Positions 40,601-51,753 of a DNA stretch of 64,000 bases are shown here, piece after piece. Positions within the stretch are counted from its first letter, which is position 1; each line of letters starts with the position of its first letter. This stretch comes from Paracoccaceae bacterium (GTDB lineage Bacteria; Pseudomonadota; Alphaproteobacteria; Rhodobacterales; Rhodobacteraceae). Location: positions 333,829 through 397,828 of the forward strand of contig JBLXEV010000002.1 in NCBI GenBank assembly GCA_048262715.1, given 5' to 3'. The notes under the pieces are model-generated. The model was not told the DNA's origin. It saw only the letters and a program-made list of their open reading frames with translations, and did no database searches. The translations under genes and the position numbers were made by a program.

Positions 40601-40643
40601 GCGGGGAAATCTCGGGTTTTGGATATTTAAGCTCTCTGGAAGC
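40601..40643. repeat. Partial copy (D) of family 2 repeat unit (GGATATTTAAGCTCTCTGGAAGC)
   Basis: A 23-nt match to the units at 10735-10757 and 57391-57410, with a degenerate left part. It lies between the hflX stop and the rpsB upstream region. Confidence 0.7.
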
Positions 40644-40679
40644 GCAAATCAAAGCCCCGCGGAGGCCTAAACGGCAAGC

Positions 40680-42005
40680 TTAGGGTTGCCAGCCACCGGG
40701 TTTGGGCGCTTCTTCGGGCTTGGGCGGCGGCGCGATGCCGTAGCGGCCCGCTTGTTCTTGCGTCCAGAGCACGTCGATCGTCCAGCCGGTCTCGGTCTGG
40801 CGTTCGGCGACGATCACATTGGCCTCATGCAGCCAAGCGCGTTTATCGCCCTCCGCAAAGGTCAATTCCAGCCGCGCGCGCTCTTTCGTTTGCGTCAGAT
40901 GCGCCTCGATGGCTTCGAGCAAGGTCGGGATTCCATCGCCTGTCAGCGCGGAGATCGATTGCACGTCGGCGTTATGATCGTTCTTGCTCAGCAGCGTCTG
41001 GCGCGTCTCGGCGGAGAGGCTGTCGATCTTGTTCCAGACCTCGATGAACGGCACATCTTCCTCCACGCCGAGGCTCTCGAGAATCTCGCCGACATCCGCC
41101 GCCTGCTCCTCGGTCTCGGGGTGCGAGATATCGCGCACATGCATCACCAGATCCGCCTCCAGCACCTCTTCCAGCGTAGCGCGGAACGATGCGACGAGCT
41201 GGTGCGGCAGATCGGAGATAAAGCCCACCGTATCGGACAAGATCACCTTGCGGCCCGAGGGCAGTGTGAGGCCGCGCATGGTTGGATCCAGCGTCGCAAA
41301 CAACATATCTTTCGCCATCACATCCGCGCCGGTGACGCGGTTGAACAGCGTGGATTTGCCGGAGTTGGTATAGCCCACCAACGCCACCACCGGGAACGGC
41401 ACCTTGCGCCGTGCGGCGCGGTGCAATTCGCGGGTTTTACCGACTTTTTCCAACTGACGCTTGATCCGCACGACCTGATCGTCAATCGCACGGCGGTCGG
41501 CCTCTATCTGGGTTTCGCCCGGTCCGCCCACAAACCCCAAGCCGCCGCGCTGGCGCTCAAGGTGGGTCCATGCGCGGACAAGCCGCGTGCGCTGATACAA
41601 GAGCGCGGCCAGCTCGACCTGCAAAACGCCCTCACGGGTGCGCGCACGATCGGCGAAAATCTCCAAGATCAATCCGGTTCGGTCCAAGAGCTTGACGCCC
41701 CATTCCTTCTCCAGATTGCGCTGTTGCACGGGCGTCACCGGCCCGTCCACCAACACCAGCTCGATCTCTTGCGATTTGAACAGGTCTTTCAGCTCGGCCA
41801 TTTTGCCAGTGCCGAACAGATGCCCCGGATGGGCTTTGGGCAGGCGAATGACATCGCCGCCCAGAACCTCGATCCCCGGCAAAGCGGCGGCGAGGGAAAT
41901 CGCCTCCGCCAGACCATGTTCAGGCAAGCGTCGATGCCCCCCACTCTTCATATCAGGGTGGAGAACATAGGCGCGTGTTGGCTCTACCTCGGAAGAATGC
42001 GTCAA
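40680..42005 (-). CDS. hflX: GTPase HflX
   Basis: 441 aa with G1 GYTNSGKST and G3 DTVGF motifs, positioned directly after hfq. Confidence 0.93.
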   Translation of the reverse strand: MTHSSEVEPTRAYVLHPDMKSGGHRRLPEHGLAEAISLAAALPGIEVLGGDVIRLPKAHPGHLFGTGKMAELKDLFKSQEIELVLVDGPVTPVQQRNLEKEWGVKLLDRTGLILEIFADRARTREGVLQVELAALLYQRTRLVRAWTHLERQRGGLGFVGGPGETQIEADRRAIDDQVVRIKRQLEKVGKTRELHRAARRKVPFPVVALVGYTNSGKSTLFNRVTGADVMAKDMLFATLDPTMRGLTLPSGRKVILSDTVGFISDLPHQLVASFRATLEEVLEADLVMHVRDISHPETEEQAADVGEILESLGVEEDVPFIEVWNKIDSLSAETRQTLLSKNDHNADVQSISALTGDGIPTLLEAIEAHLTQTKERARLELTFAEGDKRAWLHEANVIVAERQTETGWTIDVLWTQEQAGRYGIAPPPKPEEAPKPGGWQP

Positions 42006-42007
42006 GG

Positions 42008-42241
42008 TCAGTCTTCGCCCTCATAGAGCGAGATCGGTGCCCCCGGCATGATGGTCGAGATCGCGTGCTTATACACAAGCTGCGATTGACCATCGCGGCG
42101 CAAGAGCACGCAGAAATTGTCAAACCACGTGATGACGCCTTGCAGCTTCACCCCGTTGATGAGGAAGATCGTGACCGGAACTTTGGTCTTGCGGACGTGA
42201 TTAAGGAACGCGTCCTGAAGGTTTTGTTTATCTGCAGCCAT
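42008..42241 (-). CDS. hfq: RNA chaperone Hfq
   Basis: 77 aa with [39 protein letters not shown]...YKHAISTI. Confidence 0.97.
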   Translation of the reverse strand: MAADKQNLQDAFLNHVRKTKVPVTIFLINGVKLQGVITWFDNFCVLLRRDGQSQLVYKHAISTIMPGAPISLYEGED

Positions 42242-42449
42242 TTGTCTTAGCCTTGTTCTTGACGGCCCGCTCGCGCCTGCCCCGAGAGATCCGGCAGGAG
42301 GCCGGATAGGCAGCTTGTGGCGGGAGACCGTTCCGCCACGCCCTAACTATGCCGAATGGAACCGGAACTTCCAGCCCTAAAAAGATGAGTCTGGCAACCT
42401 ATGATGGAAAGGCCGCAATCAAGGCCTGTCCCGCGCGCTGTTCTCGCGC

Positions 42450-43988
42450 TCAGCCGCGCCAGAAATCGGGGTTAAACAGCGCGATGAGGGCCAAAGTCTC
42501 TAACCGCCCCAAGACCATAGCCAGCGCCAGAACCGCCTTCGTCGCATCCGACAATTCCGCCCATGATAGCGGCGCATCGCCCGCGACAACGGCCAGAGGG
42601 CCCGTGTTTGACAGCGCCGCAATGGACAGGATCGTGGCCGGTTCAAAGGCCAAGCCCGTGGCCGAAACCGCCATCATCACCCCCGCGATTGAGAGCGCGA
42701 AGAGCATGAAGAAAATCCACGACATATAGGCGCCTTCGCGCCGCAAGCGTCGTGCCATCTCTCCGCCGCCGCCAATCGACGAGGGATGGACGATGCGTTC
42801 CAACTCGCGCTCGCCGTGGCGCAGCAGCGCATAGACGCGCAACAGCCGCACCCCGCCCGCCGTGGTGGCCACACCGCCGCCCATGATCGCCAACCCCGCC
42901 AGCATCAGCCCCGACGTGCCAAGGCCCGACCAGCTGCGCGCCTCGTTCCAGCCCGCCGACTCAAACCCCGTGGTGGTGAGGAAGGACAGCACCGTGAACA
43001 TGCTGCCCCAAAGCGAGGACAGCACCATCGTCAGCGAGGGCTCGACGGAGACCTCCAGCGCCGCGATCCAGTGCCGCAGGAACAAGATCGCGGGCACAAT
43101 CAGCACAATCGATGCCGCCAGTAGCAGCTCCGGATCCCGTGTGAGTTTCTCCGAGACCCGCAACTCCCCGCCGCCGGGCCAGAACCGCCGCGTCAGCGCA
43201 AAGCACAGGAAAACAAAGATCATCGCCTCGCCGCCAAAGCCGGATTGCGCCACCGCAGGCCCTGCAATCGGCGAAATGCCGGAGGTCGAGAGCGTGGACA
43301 TCGCATGGCAGAGCGCCACCAGCGGACCATCCCCCGCAATCAGCAACAACACCCACAAAAGCCCCGTCAGCCCGAGATAGACCGGCCCGAGGATCCGCGT
43401 GTAGCGCAGGATCCGCTCGCCCGGATGGCTCAGCCGCTCGGGCCCGATCATCATCATCCCCGCGCCGGATCCATCCGTGCCAGCGGCCTGTGCCCCATTC
43501 CCCGCGAAGAACACCTCAAACCCGCCGATACGCAGCGGCGCAAGCACCGAAATCGCCATCACCAGAATGAAGAATCCGCCCATCCAGCCGACCTGCGCGC
43601 GCCACAGATGCAGCGTCGGCGCCAATCGCTCGGGCGCATAGAGCGTCGCCCCCGTGGTGGTCAGCGAAGACACCATCTCCCACCACGCATTGAGCAGCCC
43701 TGTATCCGGCACGCTCTCGTTAAACGGCACGGCAAACATCAACGGCAATCCGGTGAAGAAGAACACCATCGCCAACAGATGACTGCGCGCCGCAGGGCCG
43801 GACGGGTTTGCCGCCGCCGCAAGCCCGAGGATCAGTGTGACCGAGAACAGCAAGATCCCCGCATAGAAGAAATGCCGAGCAATCACGATGTTATCCACCG
43901 CAAGCGCATGGATCGAAGGCACAATCATCGAGATCGCGCCCAAGCCCATCAAAATCACGATCAGCGGGAAATCAAGGAAGCGCGGCAT
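42450..43988 (-). CDS. trkH: TrkH-family potassium uptake protein
   Basis: 512-aa polytopic membrane protein. Its start overlaps the trkA stop by 1 nt. Confidence 0.88.
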   Translation of the reverse strand: MPRFLDFPLIVILMGLGAISMIVPSIHALAVDNIVIARHFFYAGILLFSVTLILGLAAAANPSGPAARSHLLAMVFFFTGLPLMFAVPFNESVPDTGLLNAWWEMVSSLTTTGATLYAPERLAPTLHLWRAQVGWMGGFFILVMAISVLAPLRIGGFEVFFAGNGAQAAGTDGSGAGMMMIGPERLSHPGERILRYTRILGPVYLGLTGLLWVLLLIAGDGPLVALCHAMSTLSTSGISPIAGPAVAQSGFGGEAMIFVFLCFALTRRFWPGGGELRVSEKLTRDPELLLAASIVLIVPAILFLRHWIAALEVSVEPSLTMVLSSLWGSMFTVLSFLTTTGFESAGWNEARSWSGLGTSGLMLAGLAIMGGGVATTAGGVRLLRVYALLRHGERELERIVHPSSIGGGGEMARRLRREGAYMSWIFFMLFALSIAGVMMAVSATGLAFEPATILSIAALSNTGPLAVVAGDAPLSWAELSDATKAVLALAMVLGRLETLALIALFNPDFWRG

Positions 43989-45364
43989 TAGAAGAAATCA
44001 ATGGAAACCTGCAAGAGGCGCTCCACCTCCGGCACATCGGCGCTCAGCGCGAAGAGGGTGATCACGTCGCCCTCCTCGATCTTGGTATCGCCGCGCGGCT
44101 TGAGGAAGGTCTCGCCCTTCTGGATCGCCCCGACGAGCACCCCTTCCGGGAACGGAATATCGCGCACCATCTTACCCGAAATCGGTGAGGTGCCCAGCAC
44201 CTGCGCCTCGATCACCTCCGCCTCGGCATCGCCAACCGAATAGATCGCGCGGACTTTCCCGTGCCGGATATGGCGCAGGATCGAAGAGACAGTGGTCGCG
44301 CGCGGATTGATATAAGCGTCGATATCGAGCGGCCCCATCAGCGTCACCAAAGTCGGGTCATTCACGAGGCTGATCGCCATTTTGCAGCCCGCCTGTTTGG
44401 CACGCACCGCAACGAGAATATTGGTCTTATCATCGTCAGTGACCACCAAAACCGCATCCGCGCGGTCCACATTGGCCTCTTCCAGCAACTCGGACGACAT
44501 CCCGTCGCCGTGCAGCACAATAGTTCTCTCCAACGCATCTGCCGCGCGCTCGGCCTGAACGCGGCTCATCTCGATCACCTTCACCCGCACGCGGTCGGTG
44601 CGGGCCTCCAGCGCACGGGCCACCGCAAGCCCGACATTCCCGCCACCGATAATGACGATACGTTCTTGTTTTTTCGTAGTTTTCCCGAAAATCTCCAGCG
44701 TCCGGCCGACATCCTCAAAATGCGAGAAGACATAGATCTGATCGCCCGCGAAAAGCTGGTCGCCCGGCTCGGGCGCGAACAACCGCCCCTCCCGCCGCAC
44801 GCCAACAACGACCGCCCGCAATGTGGAGAAAAGCTCCGTCAACTGCCGCAGTGGCGTGTTGAGCACGGGGCAGTCCTCGTCAAGCAAGATCCCCATGAAT
44901 TGCAGATTGCCGCCCATGAAACTTTCAGTGTCAAAAGTCGACGGCGCGGCCAGACGTTGCAAGGCGGCCTCGGCGACCTCGCGCTCGGGGCTGATAATCA
45001 CATCAATCGGCAGGTGATCGCGGCGATAGAGATCGCCATATTCGGGGCGCATATAGCTTTGATCGCGCACACGGGCGATTTTGCGGGTGATATTGAACAC
45101 CGAATGGCCGACCTGACAGGTCACCATATTGACCTCGTCGGAATAGGTCGCCGCGATCAGCAAATCGCAATCGCGTGCCCCTGCCCGTTCCAGCACATCA
45201 GGATGCGAAGCAAACCCCGTAACCCCTTGAACATCAAGCGTATCTGTCGCACGGCGTACCAGCTCTGGATTGCTGTCCACCACCGTTACATCGTTGCGTT
45301 CGCCTGAGAGGTGCCGCGCGATTTGCCAGCCGACCTGACCCGCGCCACAGATGATCACCTTCAT
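43988..45364 (-). CDS. trkA: Trk system potassium uptake protein TrkA
   Basis: 458 aa with two Rossmann NAD-binding segments (MKVIICGAGQVG and IVIIGGGNVG) and RCK_C domains. Confidence 0.92.
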   Translation of the reverse strand: MKVIICGAGQVGWQIARHLSGERNDVTVVDSNPELVRRATDTLDVQGVTGFASHPDVLERAGARDCDLLIAATYSDEVNMVTCQVGHSVFNITRKIARVRDQSYMRPEYGDLYRRDHLPIDVIISPEREVAEAALQRLAAPSTFDTESFMGGNLQFMGILLDEDCPVLNTPLRQLTELFSTLRAVVVGVRREGRLFAPEPGDQLFAGDQIYVFSHFEDVGRTLEIFGKTTKKQERIVIIGGGNVGLAVARALEARTDRVRVKVIEMSRVQAERAADALERTIVLHGDGMSSELLEEANVDRADAVLVVTDDDKTNILVAVRAKQAGCKMAISLVNDPTLVTLMGPLDIDAYINPRATTVSSILRHIRHGKVRAIYSVGDAEAEVIEAQVLGTSPISGKMVRDIPFPEGVLVGAIQKGETFLKPRGDTKIEEGDVITLFALSADVPEVERLLQVSIDFF

Positions 45365-45507
45365 GTCACTCTCCCAAAGGGTCTCGTAGCGCTTCCCATC
45401 GCATTTTGCCGCGCGAAGGTCAATTCACCCGATCACAAAGCCGTTCAACGCGCGCCCAAGGCGCGCCTCATGTATTACATGAAAGATGCGCCGCAAGCCT
45501 CTGAAAA

Positions 45508-46908
45508 TCAGTCAAGTTCGTCCTCGGATTGCGCTGTCCGTCCGCCCGCTTTTGCCGAAGTGACAACGCCCAGAGATTTTAGCTTCCGGTGCAGCGCGGA
45601 GCGTTCCATCCCGACAAAATTCGCCGTGCGCGAAATATTCCCGCCAAATCGGTTGATCTGGGTGAGAAGATACTCGCGTTCGAACAACTCGCGCGCCTCG
45701 CGCAGCGGTAGCGTCGCCAACTGCCCGCCGAGCAGGATCCGCCCCTCGTCGGAAGGTCCACTCTCGCCTTGCAATTCGGCAGGCTCAATCGCACTTGTTT
45801 CATCCCCGAGGATCAGGATCCGCTCGATCACGTTGCGCAATTGCCGGATGTTGCCCGGCCATTCCATCGTTTGCATCATAGCGGCCGCATCCGTGGAAAT
45901 CTCGCGCGCAGGAAGACCCTGCAACTTATTGAATTGGTTGATGAAATACTCCGCCAGCACCGGAATATCCTCGCGCCGATCCGACAGCGCAGGCACCATC
46001 AACGGCACCACATTCAGCCGATCATAGAGCTCCTGCCGGAACCGCCCCGCCGCGATCTCCGTCGCCAGATTGCGCGTAGTTGACGAGATCACCCGCAGAT
46101 CTACGCGCACCTTATCGGTGCCGCCGACACGGGTGAATTGCTGCTCTGTCAGCACCCGCAGGATTTTGCTCTGTGTTCCCAGCGGCATATCGGCGACTTC
46201 ATCGAAGTAAATAACGCCGCCATGCGCTTGTTCCAAAAGACCTTTTTCAGAACCCTTCTCGGCACTTTCATGCCCGAACAAAACCTCTTCCATCCGGTCG
46301 GGTGCAATCGTCGCCGAGGTCACGGTGACAAATGGCGCGCTGGCCCGCGCGGAGCCTGCGTGGATATAGCGCGCGGCCATTTCCTTGCCCGATCCCGGCT
46401 CGCCCGTCAGCATCACCCGCCCATTTGACCGCGCAACCTTGTCGAGCGCGTCTTTAAGCTTGCGGAACGCAACCGAGCTGCCTTGCATCTCGCCCAAGCC
46501 GCCATCGCCCCGCTTGAGGCTCGTGACCTCCCGCCGCAGCCGCGCGGTTTCCATCGCCCGTGCAATAACGACCATCAACTGATCTATATTAAACGGTTTT
46601 TCGATAAAGTCATAAGCGCCCTGCTTGATCGCTGCGACCGCGATTTCAATATTGCCGTGGCCCGAAATGATCACCACGGGGATATCGGGATTATTGCGTT
46701 TGACCTGTTTGAGAATGTCGATCCCGTCCATCCGGCTGTCCTTCAGCCAGATATCAAGGATCATCAGCGCGGGGGGCTCTGCGTTGATCTGATCAACGCA
46801 TTCATCCGAATTGGCGGCCATCCGCGTCGAAAACCCCTCATCCTTGAGGATGTCAGAGATCAGTTCACGGATATCGCGTTCGTCGTCAACAATCAGAATG
46901 TCACTCAT
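45508..46908 (-). CDS. ntrX: Nitrogen assimilation response regulator NtrX (receiver + AAA+ + Fis HTH)
   Basis: 466 aa with receiver ILIVDDERDIR...LDIWL and AAA+ Walker A GEPGSGKE, positioned after ntrY. Confidence 0.9.
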   Translation of the reverse strand: MSDILIVDDERDIRELISDILKDEGFSTRMAANSDECVDQINAEPPALMILDIWLKDSRMDGIDILKQVKRNNPDIPVVIISGHGNIEIAVAAIKQGAYDFIEKPFNIDQLMVVIARAMETARLRREVTSLKRGDGGLGEMQGSSVAFRKLKDALDKVARSNGRVMLTGEPGSGKEMAARYIHAGSARASAPFVTVTSATIAPDRMEEVLFGHESAEKGSEKGLLEQAHGGVIYFDEVADMPLGTQSKILRVLTEQQFTRVGGTDKVRVDLRVISSTTRNLATEIAAGRFRQELYDRLNVVPLMVPALSDRREDIPVLAEYFINQFNKLQGLPAREISTDAAAMMQTMEWPGNIRQLRNVIERILILGDETSAIEPAELQGESGPSDEGRILLGGQLATLPLREARELFEREYLLTQINRFGGNISRTANFVGMERSALHRKLKSLGVVTSAKAGGRTAQSEDELD

Positions 46909-49216
46909 GGCCTACCGATGGGATCAAAGTGGGGACCGGATCACGGTCTTTAATCGCGCGCGGCGCCTGACGGGCGCGCGGGATACGAATTTCCGCCATC
47001 GCGCCTTTATGGGCGTCCGGCGAGAAAGCTGGAGCATCGGTCAGCACCAAGGTGCCGCCGTGTTCTTCGATAATTTTCTTCACGATGGGGAGCCCAAGCC
47101 CCGTGCCCTTTTCGCGCGTGGTCACATAGGGCTCGAACAGGCGCGATCGATCCGGCGGCAAGCCGATGCCGTTATCGGAAATGCGGATCACAATATGATC
47201 CGGCCGCGCCCCCATCTCGACGCGCACCTCAGGGAAGTATCCTTCAGGAGAACCTTTTTCTACATAGGTTTCAATCGCTTCTCCGGCGTTTTTAATGAGG
47301 TTTGTGAGGGCTTGGCCGATCATCGTCGCATCCAGTTCGACCACCACCGGCTCTTGTGGAATATCCGAGATCAGCCGCAGCCCCGCCACGGGGCCATCGT
47401 GCAGCGCGCTTTCTTGCAAGGTGATCGCGTCGCGCAAAATTCGCGTCAAATCGTGATCGCGGCGATCCGGTTCCGGCATCCGCGCGAACCGTGAGAACTC
47501 GTCAACAATCCGCCGCAAGTCATTGGTTTGCCGAATAATAACGCCGGTATATTGATCCAGAAGCTCGGCATCATCGCCGACAGATTTGGTGAATTTCCGC
47601 TTGATCCGTTCCGCCGAAAGCGCAATCGGGGTAAGCGGATTTTTGATTTCATGCGCAATCCGGCGGGCCACATCGCCCCACGCCGCCATCCTCTGCGCCG
47701 AGACCAGATCTGTCACGTCGTCAAACGCCACCACATAGCCTTCCGGCGCGCCATCGCCCGCTTGCCGCAGCGCCATCCGCACCAGCAGACTCTCGAGCTT
47801 TCCGCCGCGCGACACGCGGATCTCTTCTTGAACTATTTCCTGAACACCATCTTGCAAGCGATTGATCAGGCCAGAAAATTCGGGGACAGCCTCTTCCATC
47901 AGAAGATTGTGCGAAGTGACCGGATGTAGATCCAGCAAGCGATTGGCCGCGCGGTTTACGAAGTCGATCCGACCGTCTGCATCTAGGCCGATCACACCGG
48001 AGGTGACCGAGGAGAGCACTGAGTCAAAGGTGCGACGACGCTCCTCAATCTCGCGGTTGTGCTCAATCAGCTCGGCGCGCTGACCTTTAAGTTGTTGTGT
48101 CATCGTATTGAAATTACGCCCCAAAGTCGCAATCTCGTCATCGCCATCATCTTCAATGACGCGTTGATTCAAATCCCCCGCGCCAACGCGCTCTGCCGCC
48201 AGGGCCAGCCGCCCGATGGGCCGCGAGAGGCGCTCCGCGAACCACAGGCCGAGCCAGATCGCCGCCAAAATCAGGATCAGCGCAAAACCGATATAGACGA
48301 GGCCGAATTCAAACAGCACCTTGCCGCGCGTGGCCTCCAATTGTTGATAGAGGCCAACCGTTTCGCGGGTGTCATCAAGCAGCGACAAGAGTTGCCCGTC
48401 AACGGAGCGCGAGACGTAGAGATAGCGATCCACAAACGCATCCAACCGTTTCAGCGCACGGAACTCGCTGGCATCCCAATCCTCGATCAACACGGTCTCG
48501 CCGTTCTTGGCCTTGGCCAGATCAATCGCCGAGGGCTGCTCGAAGTTGAACAGATAGCTGCGCTCGCCGCGCGCGCGGATCTCGCCGACACCGTCGATCA
48601 CATAGGCCTCGCGCAGCCCGCGCTGGATCTGGCCCTGCCCCTCGGTCACCAATTCGCGCAGATCGCCGTCATCCATGAAGGCCGCCGCTTGGCGCCGCAA
48701 ATTGAGGTAGCCGCCAAGCGCATTGATATCTTGCAACAGATCGTTGCGGTGCTCTTGCTGATAGGCCTCTGCCGCCGCAAGCGAGGTGCCGACAACCTCG
48801 CGCACACGATCCGAAAACCAGCCCTCAAGCCCGATATTGACCGTCAGCCCGCCAAAAATTGCGACCAGCACCGTTGGCACCAGCGCGATCCCCGCGAAGA
48901 CCACCGTCAGCCGCGCATGCAGCCGCGAGCCCGCCGAGCGAGAGCGCCGTGCCGCCACAATCCGCAAGAGCCGCGAGAGCACGAGCGTCGCCAGCAATAG
49001 GAAATAGATCAGATCCGCGAGAAGCGTGAGACGGAGCGCGGTTGAGCCACCGCCCTGCCCCAAAGGCCCCAGCATCAGATAGGTCGCGACCGCAAGAAGC
49101 GGGCCAAGCACCACGAGGCTAAGTGTCGTGATATTCTGGAATCGCCGCATCCGCCGAAGGCGGCTCAGCCGATCCCAGACCGTTTGGCTCAGCGCAATTC
49201 TCACCCAGTCCCCCAA
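46901..49216 (-). CDS. ntrY: Sensor histidine kinase NtrY
   Basis: 771 aa with N-terminal TM helices, HAMP, PAS, H-box [12 protein letters not shown] and an HATPase domain. It overlaps ntrX by 8 nt. Confidence 0.9.
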   Translation of the reverse strand: MGDWVRIALSQTVWDRLSRLRRMRRFQNITTLSLVVLGPLLAVATYLMLGPLGQGGGSTALRLTLLADLIYFLLLATLVLSRLLRIVAARRSRSAGSRLHARLTVVFAGIALVPTVLVAIFGGLTVNIGLEGWFSDRVREVVGTSLAAAEAYQQEHRNDLLQDINALGGYLNLRRQAAAFMDDGDLRELVTEGQGQIQRGLREAYVIDGVGEIRARGERSYLFNFEQPSAIDLAKAKNGETVLIEDWDASEFRALKRLDAFVDRYLYVSRSVDGQLLSLLDDTRETVGLYQQLEATRGKVLFEFGLVYIGFALILILAAIWLGLWFAERLSRPIGRLALAAERVGAGDLNQRVIEDDGDDEIATLGRNFNTMTQQLKGQRAELIEHNREIEERRRTFDSVLSSVTSGVIGLDADGRIDFVNRAANRLLDLHPVTSHNLLMEEAVPEFSGLINRLQDGVQEIVQEEIRVSRGGKLESLLVRMALRQAGDGAPEGYVVAFDDVTDLVSAQRMAAWGDVARRIAHEIKNPLTPIALSAERIKRKFTKSVGDDAELLDQYTGVIIRQTNDLRRIVDEFSRFARMPEPDRRDHDLTRILRDAITLQESALHDGPVAGLRLISDIPQEPVVVELDATMIGQALTNLIKNAGEAIETYVEKGSPEGYFPEVRVEMGARPDHIVIRISDNGIGLPPDRSRLFEPYVTTREKGTGLGLPIVKKIIEEHGGTLVLTDAPAFSPDAHKGAMAEIRIPRARQAPRAIKDRDPVPTLIPSVGHE

Positions 49217-49285
49217 ACCGATCTCAAAACGATCAACAGGCGCGCGAATCCCGACAGCAGAATTACAACGCCCCCTGTTGCGCTT

Positions 49286-50665
49286 TTACATCAGTCTGCG
49301 GCGGCGTGTCACCTGAATATCCAGATCTGTGATCTTTTTACGCAAAGTATTGCGGTTGATGCCCAGAAGATCGGCACATCTTGCTTGATTACCCCCCGTC
49401 GCATCCAGCGAGATCTCAATCAACGGGGCCTCGATTTCCCGCAGAATCCGATCATACAGGCCCTCTGGGGGCAGATTGCCGCCATGCAGATCGAAATAGC
49501 GCTTGAGATGCCGCGCGACCGAAGCGGAGAGTTTTTCCGCATCCGCCCCCATCGCGCCACGGCTCGGCTCCATCATCGGCTGATTGCCCAACACCAGCTC
49601 AACCTCGGCGCGGGTGATTTCTTCCTCTGGCGAGGTGACGACCAAGCGCCGGATCGTATTTTCCAACTGGCGCACATTTCCGGGCCAGCTAAACGCCCGC
49701 ACCAAGGCCATCGCATCGTTGGAAAATCGCCGCAACCCGAGGCCATCGCGCTCGGAACGGCCAAGGAAATGCTCCGCCAGCAGCGGGATATCCTCGACCC
49801 GCTCGCGCAAGGACGGCACGCTGAGCGCGACACCGCCAAGACGATAATAGAGATCCTGCCGGAACTGCCCCGCCTCCATCTTCGCCTTCAGATCAATCTG
49901 ACTCGTGGCCATGATCCGCGGCGCTTGTTCGGGCAGCGCGTCGAGCATCCGCACGATCCGCGCTTGGGTTTCCTCGTCGAAATCACCGACCTCATCAAAG
50001 ACCAGCGAGCCGCCTTTGACCTTCGCGAGCAGATGCGACGGGCCATCCGCGCCTTGCAGATCCGCCGCCTGCGCGACGACAAAGGGCATCGTCCGACGAT
50101 CCGAGAAATCATGGATTGCTTTGGCGATCAGCGATTTCCCCGTGCCGCTCTCGCCCGTGATCAGGACGGCGAGATCAGCGTTCATCACCCGCGCGACAAG
50201 GCGGTAGAGCGCCTGCATCGCCGCCGTGCGCCCCACCAGAGGCAGGTCGGAGGCGGCCTCCGGCGCAGCAGGATCCACGACCCGCGCAGGCTGGCTGCGG
50301 CGCTTTTGTTCCAGCGCTTTAGCGGCGCGTTTCATCAGATCGGGCAGATCGAACGGCTTGGGCAGGTAGTCGTAAGCCTCTGCCTCGGCAGCTTGAATCG
50401 CCGTCATGATGGTGTTTTGCGCGGAGATCACGATCACCGGCAGTCCGGGGCGTTCCTTGCCGATGCGCGGCAGCGCCTCCAGCCCGTTGCCATCGGGCAT
50501 CATCACATCGGAGATCACCAGATCGCCCTTCCCCTCCTCAACCCAGCGCATCAGCGTGTTGAGCGAGGCCGTGGCATGGACCTTACACCCCGCCCGCGTC
50601 AGCGCCTGCGTCAGCACCGTGCGGATTGTGCGGTCGTCGTCAGCTACAAGGACAGTGCCATCCAT
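49286..50665 (-). CDS. ntrC: Nitrogen regulation response regulator NtrC
   Basis: The ATG at 50665 gives [11 protein letters not shown]... and overlaps the ntrB stop (TGATG). Has AAA+ Walker A GESGTGKS and a C-terminal Fis-type HTH. No GAFTGA motif is visible. Confidence 0.9.
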   Translation of the reverse strand: MDGTVLVADDDRTIRTVLTQALTRAGCKVHATASLNTLMRWVEEGKGDLVISDVMMPDGNGLEALPRIGKERPGLPVIVISAQNTIMTAIQAAEAEAYDYLPKPFDLPDLMKRAAKALEQKRRSQPARVVDPAAPEAASDLPLVGRTAAMQALYRLVARVMNADLAVLITGESGTGKSLIAKAIHDFSDRRTMPFVVAQAADLQGADGPSHLLAKVKGGSLVFDEVGDFDEETQARIVRMLDALPEQAPRIMATSQIDLKAKMEAGQFRQDLYYRLGGVALSVPSLRERVEDIPLLAEHFLGRSERDGLGLRRFSNDAMALVRAFSWPGNVRQLENTIRRLVVTSPEEEITRAEVELVLGNQPMMEPSRGAMGADAEKLSASVARHLKRYFDLHGGNLPPEGLYDRILREIEAPLIEISLDATGGNQARCADLLGINRNTLRKKITDLDIQVTRRRRLM

Positions 50666-51753
50666 CAGTTTGTCTCCAGTGATTTGGGCGCAACGGGAAG
50701 GGAAATCCGGAAGCATGTGCGCCCGGGCTTGGAGTCAACAGAGACCCACCCGCCGTGCTCCGAGATAATTTTGGATACCAGCGCGAGGCCAAGCCCCGTG
50801 CCGTTTTCGCGGCCCGAGACGAAGGGCTCGAACAGCTCGCCAGCAATTTCCGGCGGGATACCGGGGCCGGAATCGATCACTTCGATCTGCAAAGGCAGCG
50901 CGCGGGATTTGCCATCCGCGCCGCGCACCCTTAACCCATGATCGTAATAGGTCCGCAGGCGGATCTCGCCCGCAGCACCGCGCGTGGCCTCCGACGCATT
51001 CTTGAGCAGGTTCAAAAACACCTGCGTGAGCTGATCCGCATCGCCCAATGTTGCGGGCAAGGATGGGTCATAATCATCGGTGATCCGCATATGCGCGCCG
51101 TGCCCGATCGCCACCGATTTACGCGCGCGGTCCAGCACATCGTGGATATTGACCGCCTGTTGTTCAGGCGGGCGGACATTGCCGAATTGCTCGACCTGCT
51201 CCAAGAGCTTCACCACGCGGCGGGTCTCATCCACGATCAGATCCGTGAGTTCCAGATCATCGCCCGAAAGGTTCATCGAGAGAAGCTGCGCCGCCCCCGC
51301 GATGCCTGCGAGCGGGTTCTTGATCTCATGTGCCAGCATCTCGGCCATGCCGATGGCGGAGCGCGCCGCCGATTTCACCGCGCTGCCGCGATTGAGCACC
51401 GATCCCCGTTCCCGCGGAATGATGGTGATCAACAGCGCCTCGGGATCATCGCCCAAAGGCGCGGCTTGCAGCGAACACATCACCGGCGCGCGCTCCCCCG
51501 TCGTCAGATCGACCTCGGAGATATAGACATCGGCGCGGGTGGTGCGCACATGCTCGAACACATCTTCCAAGGGCGCCGCAATCGACAAGCGCTCAAGGAT
51601 CGAATGCCCGCGCAGGGATTTCGCCGAAATATTGAGATAGGCCTCGGCGGCGGGGTTCACCTCCACCATTCGATCCTCGCTATCGATCAGGATCGCGGGC
51701 ATCGGCAGGCTGGACCAAAGCGCCTGTACGTCTGGAAGGCTCACGCTGCGCAC
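50665..51753 (-). CDS. ntrB: Nitrogen regulation sensor histidine kinase NtrB
   Basis: 362 aa with PAS, H-box [12 protein letters not shown] and an HATPase domain ([12 protein letters not shown]). Confidence 0.9.
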   Translation of the reverse strand: MRSVSLPDVQALWSSLPMPAILIDSEDRMVEVNPAAEAYLNISAKSLRGHSILERLSIAAPLEDVFEHVRTTRADVYISEVDLTTGERAPVMCSLQAAPLGDDPEALLITIIPRERGSVLNRGSAVKSAARSAIGMAEMLAHEIKNPLAGIAGAAQLLSMNLSGDDLELTDLIVDETRRVVKLLEQVEQFGNVRPPEQQAVNIHDVLDRARKSVAIGHGAHMRITDDYDPSLPATLGDADQLTQVFLNLLKNASEATRGAAGEIRLRTYYDHGLRVRGADGKSRALPLQIEVIDSGPGIPPEIAGELFEPFVSGRENGTGLGLALVSKIISEHGGWVSVDSKPGRTCFRISLPVAPKSLETN

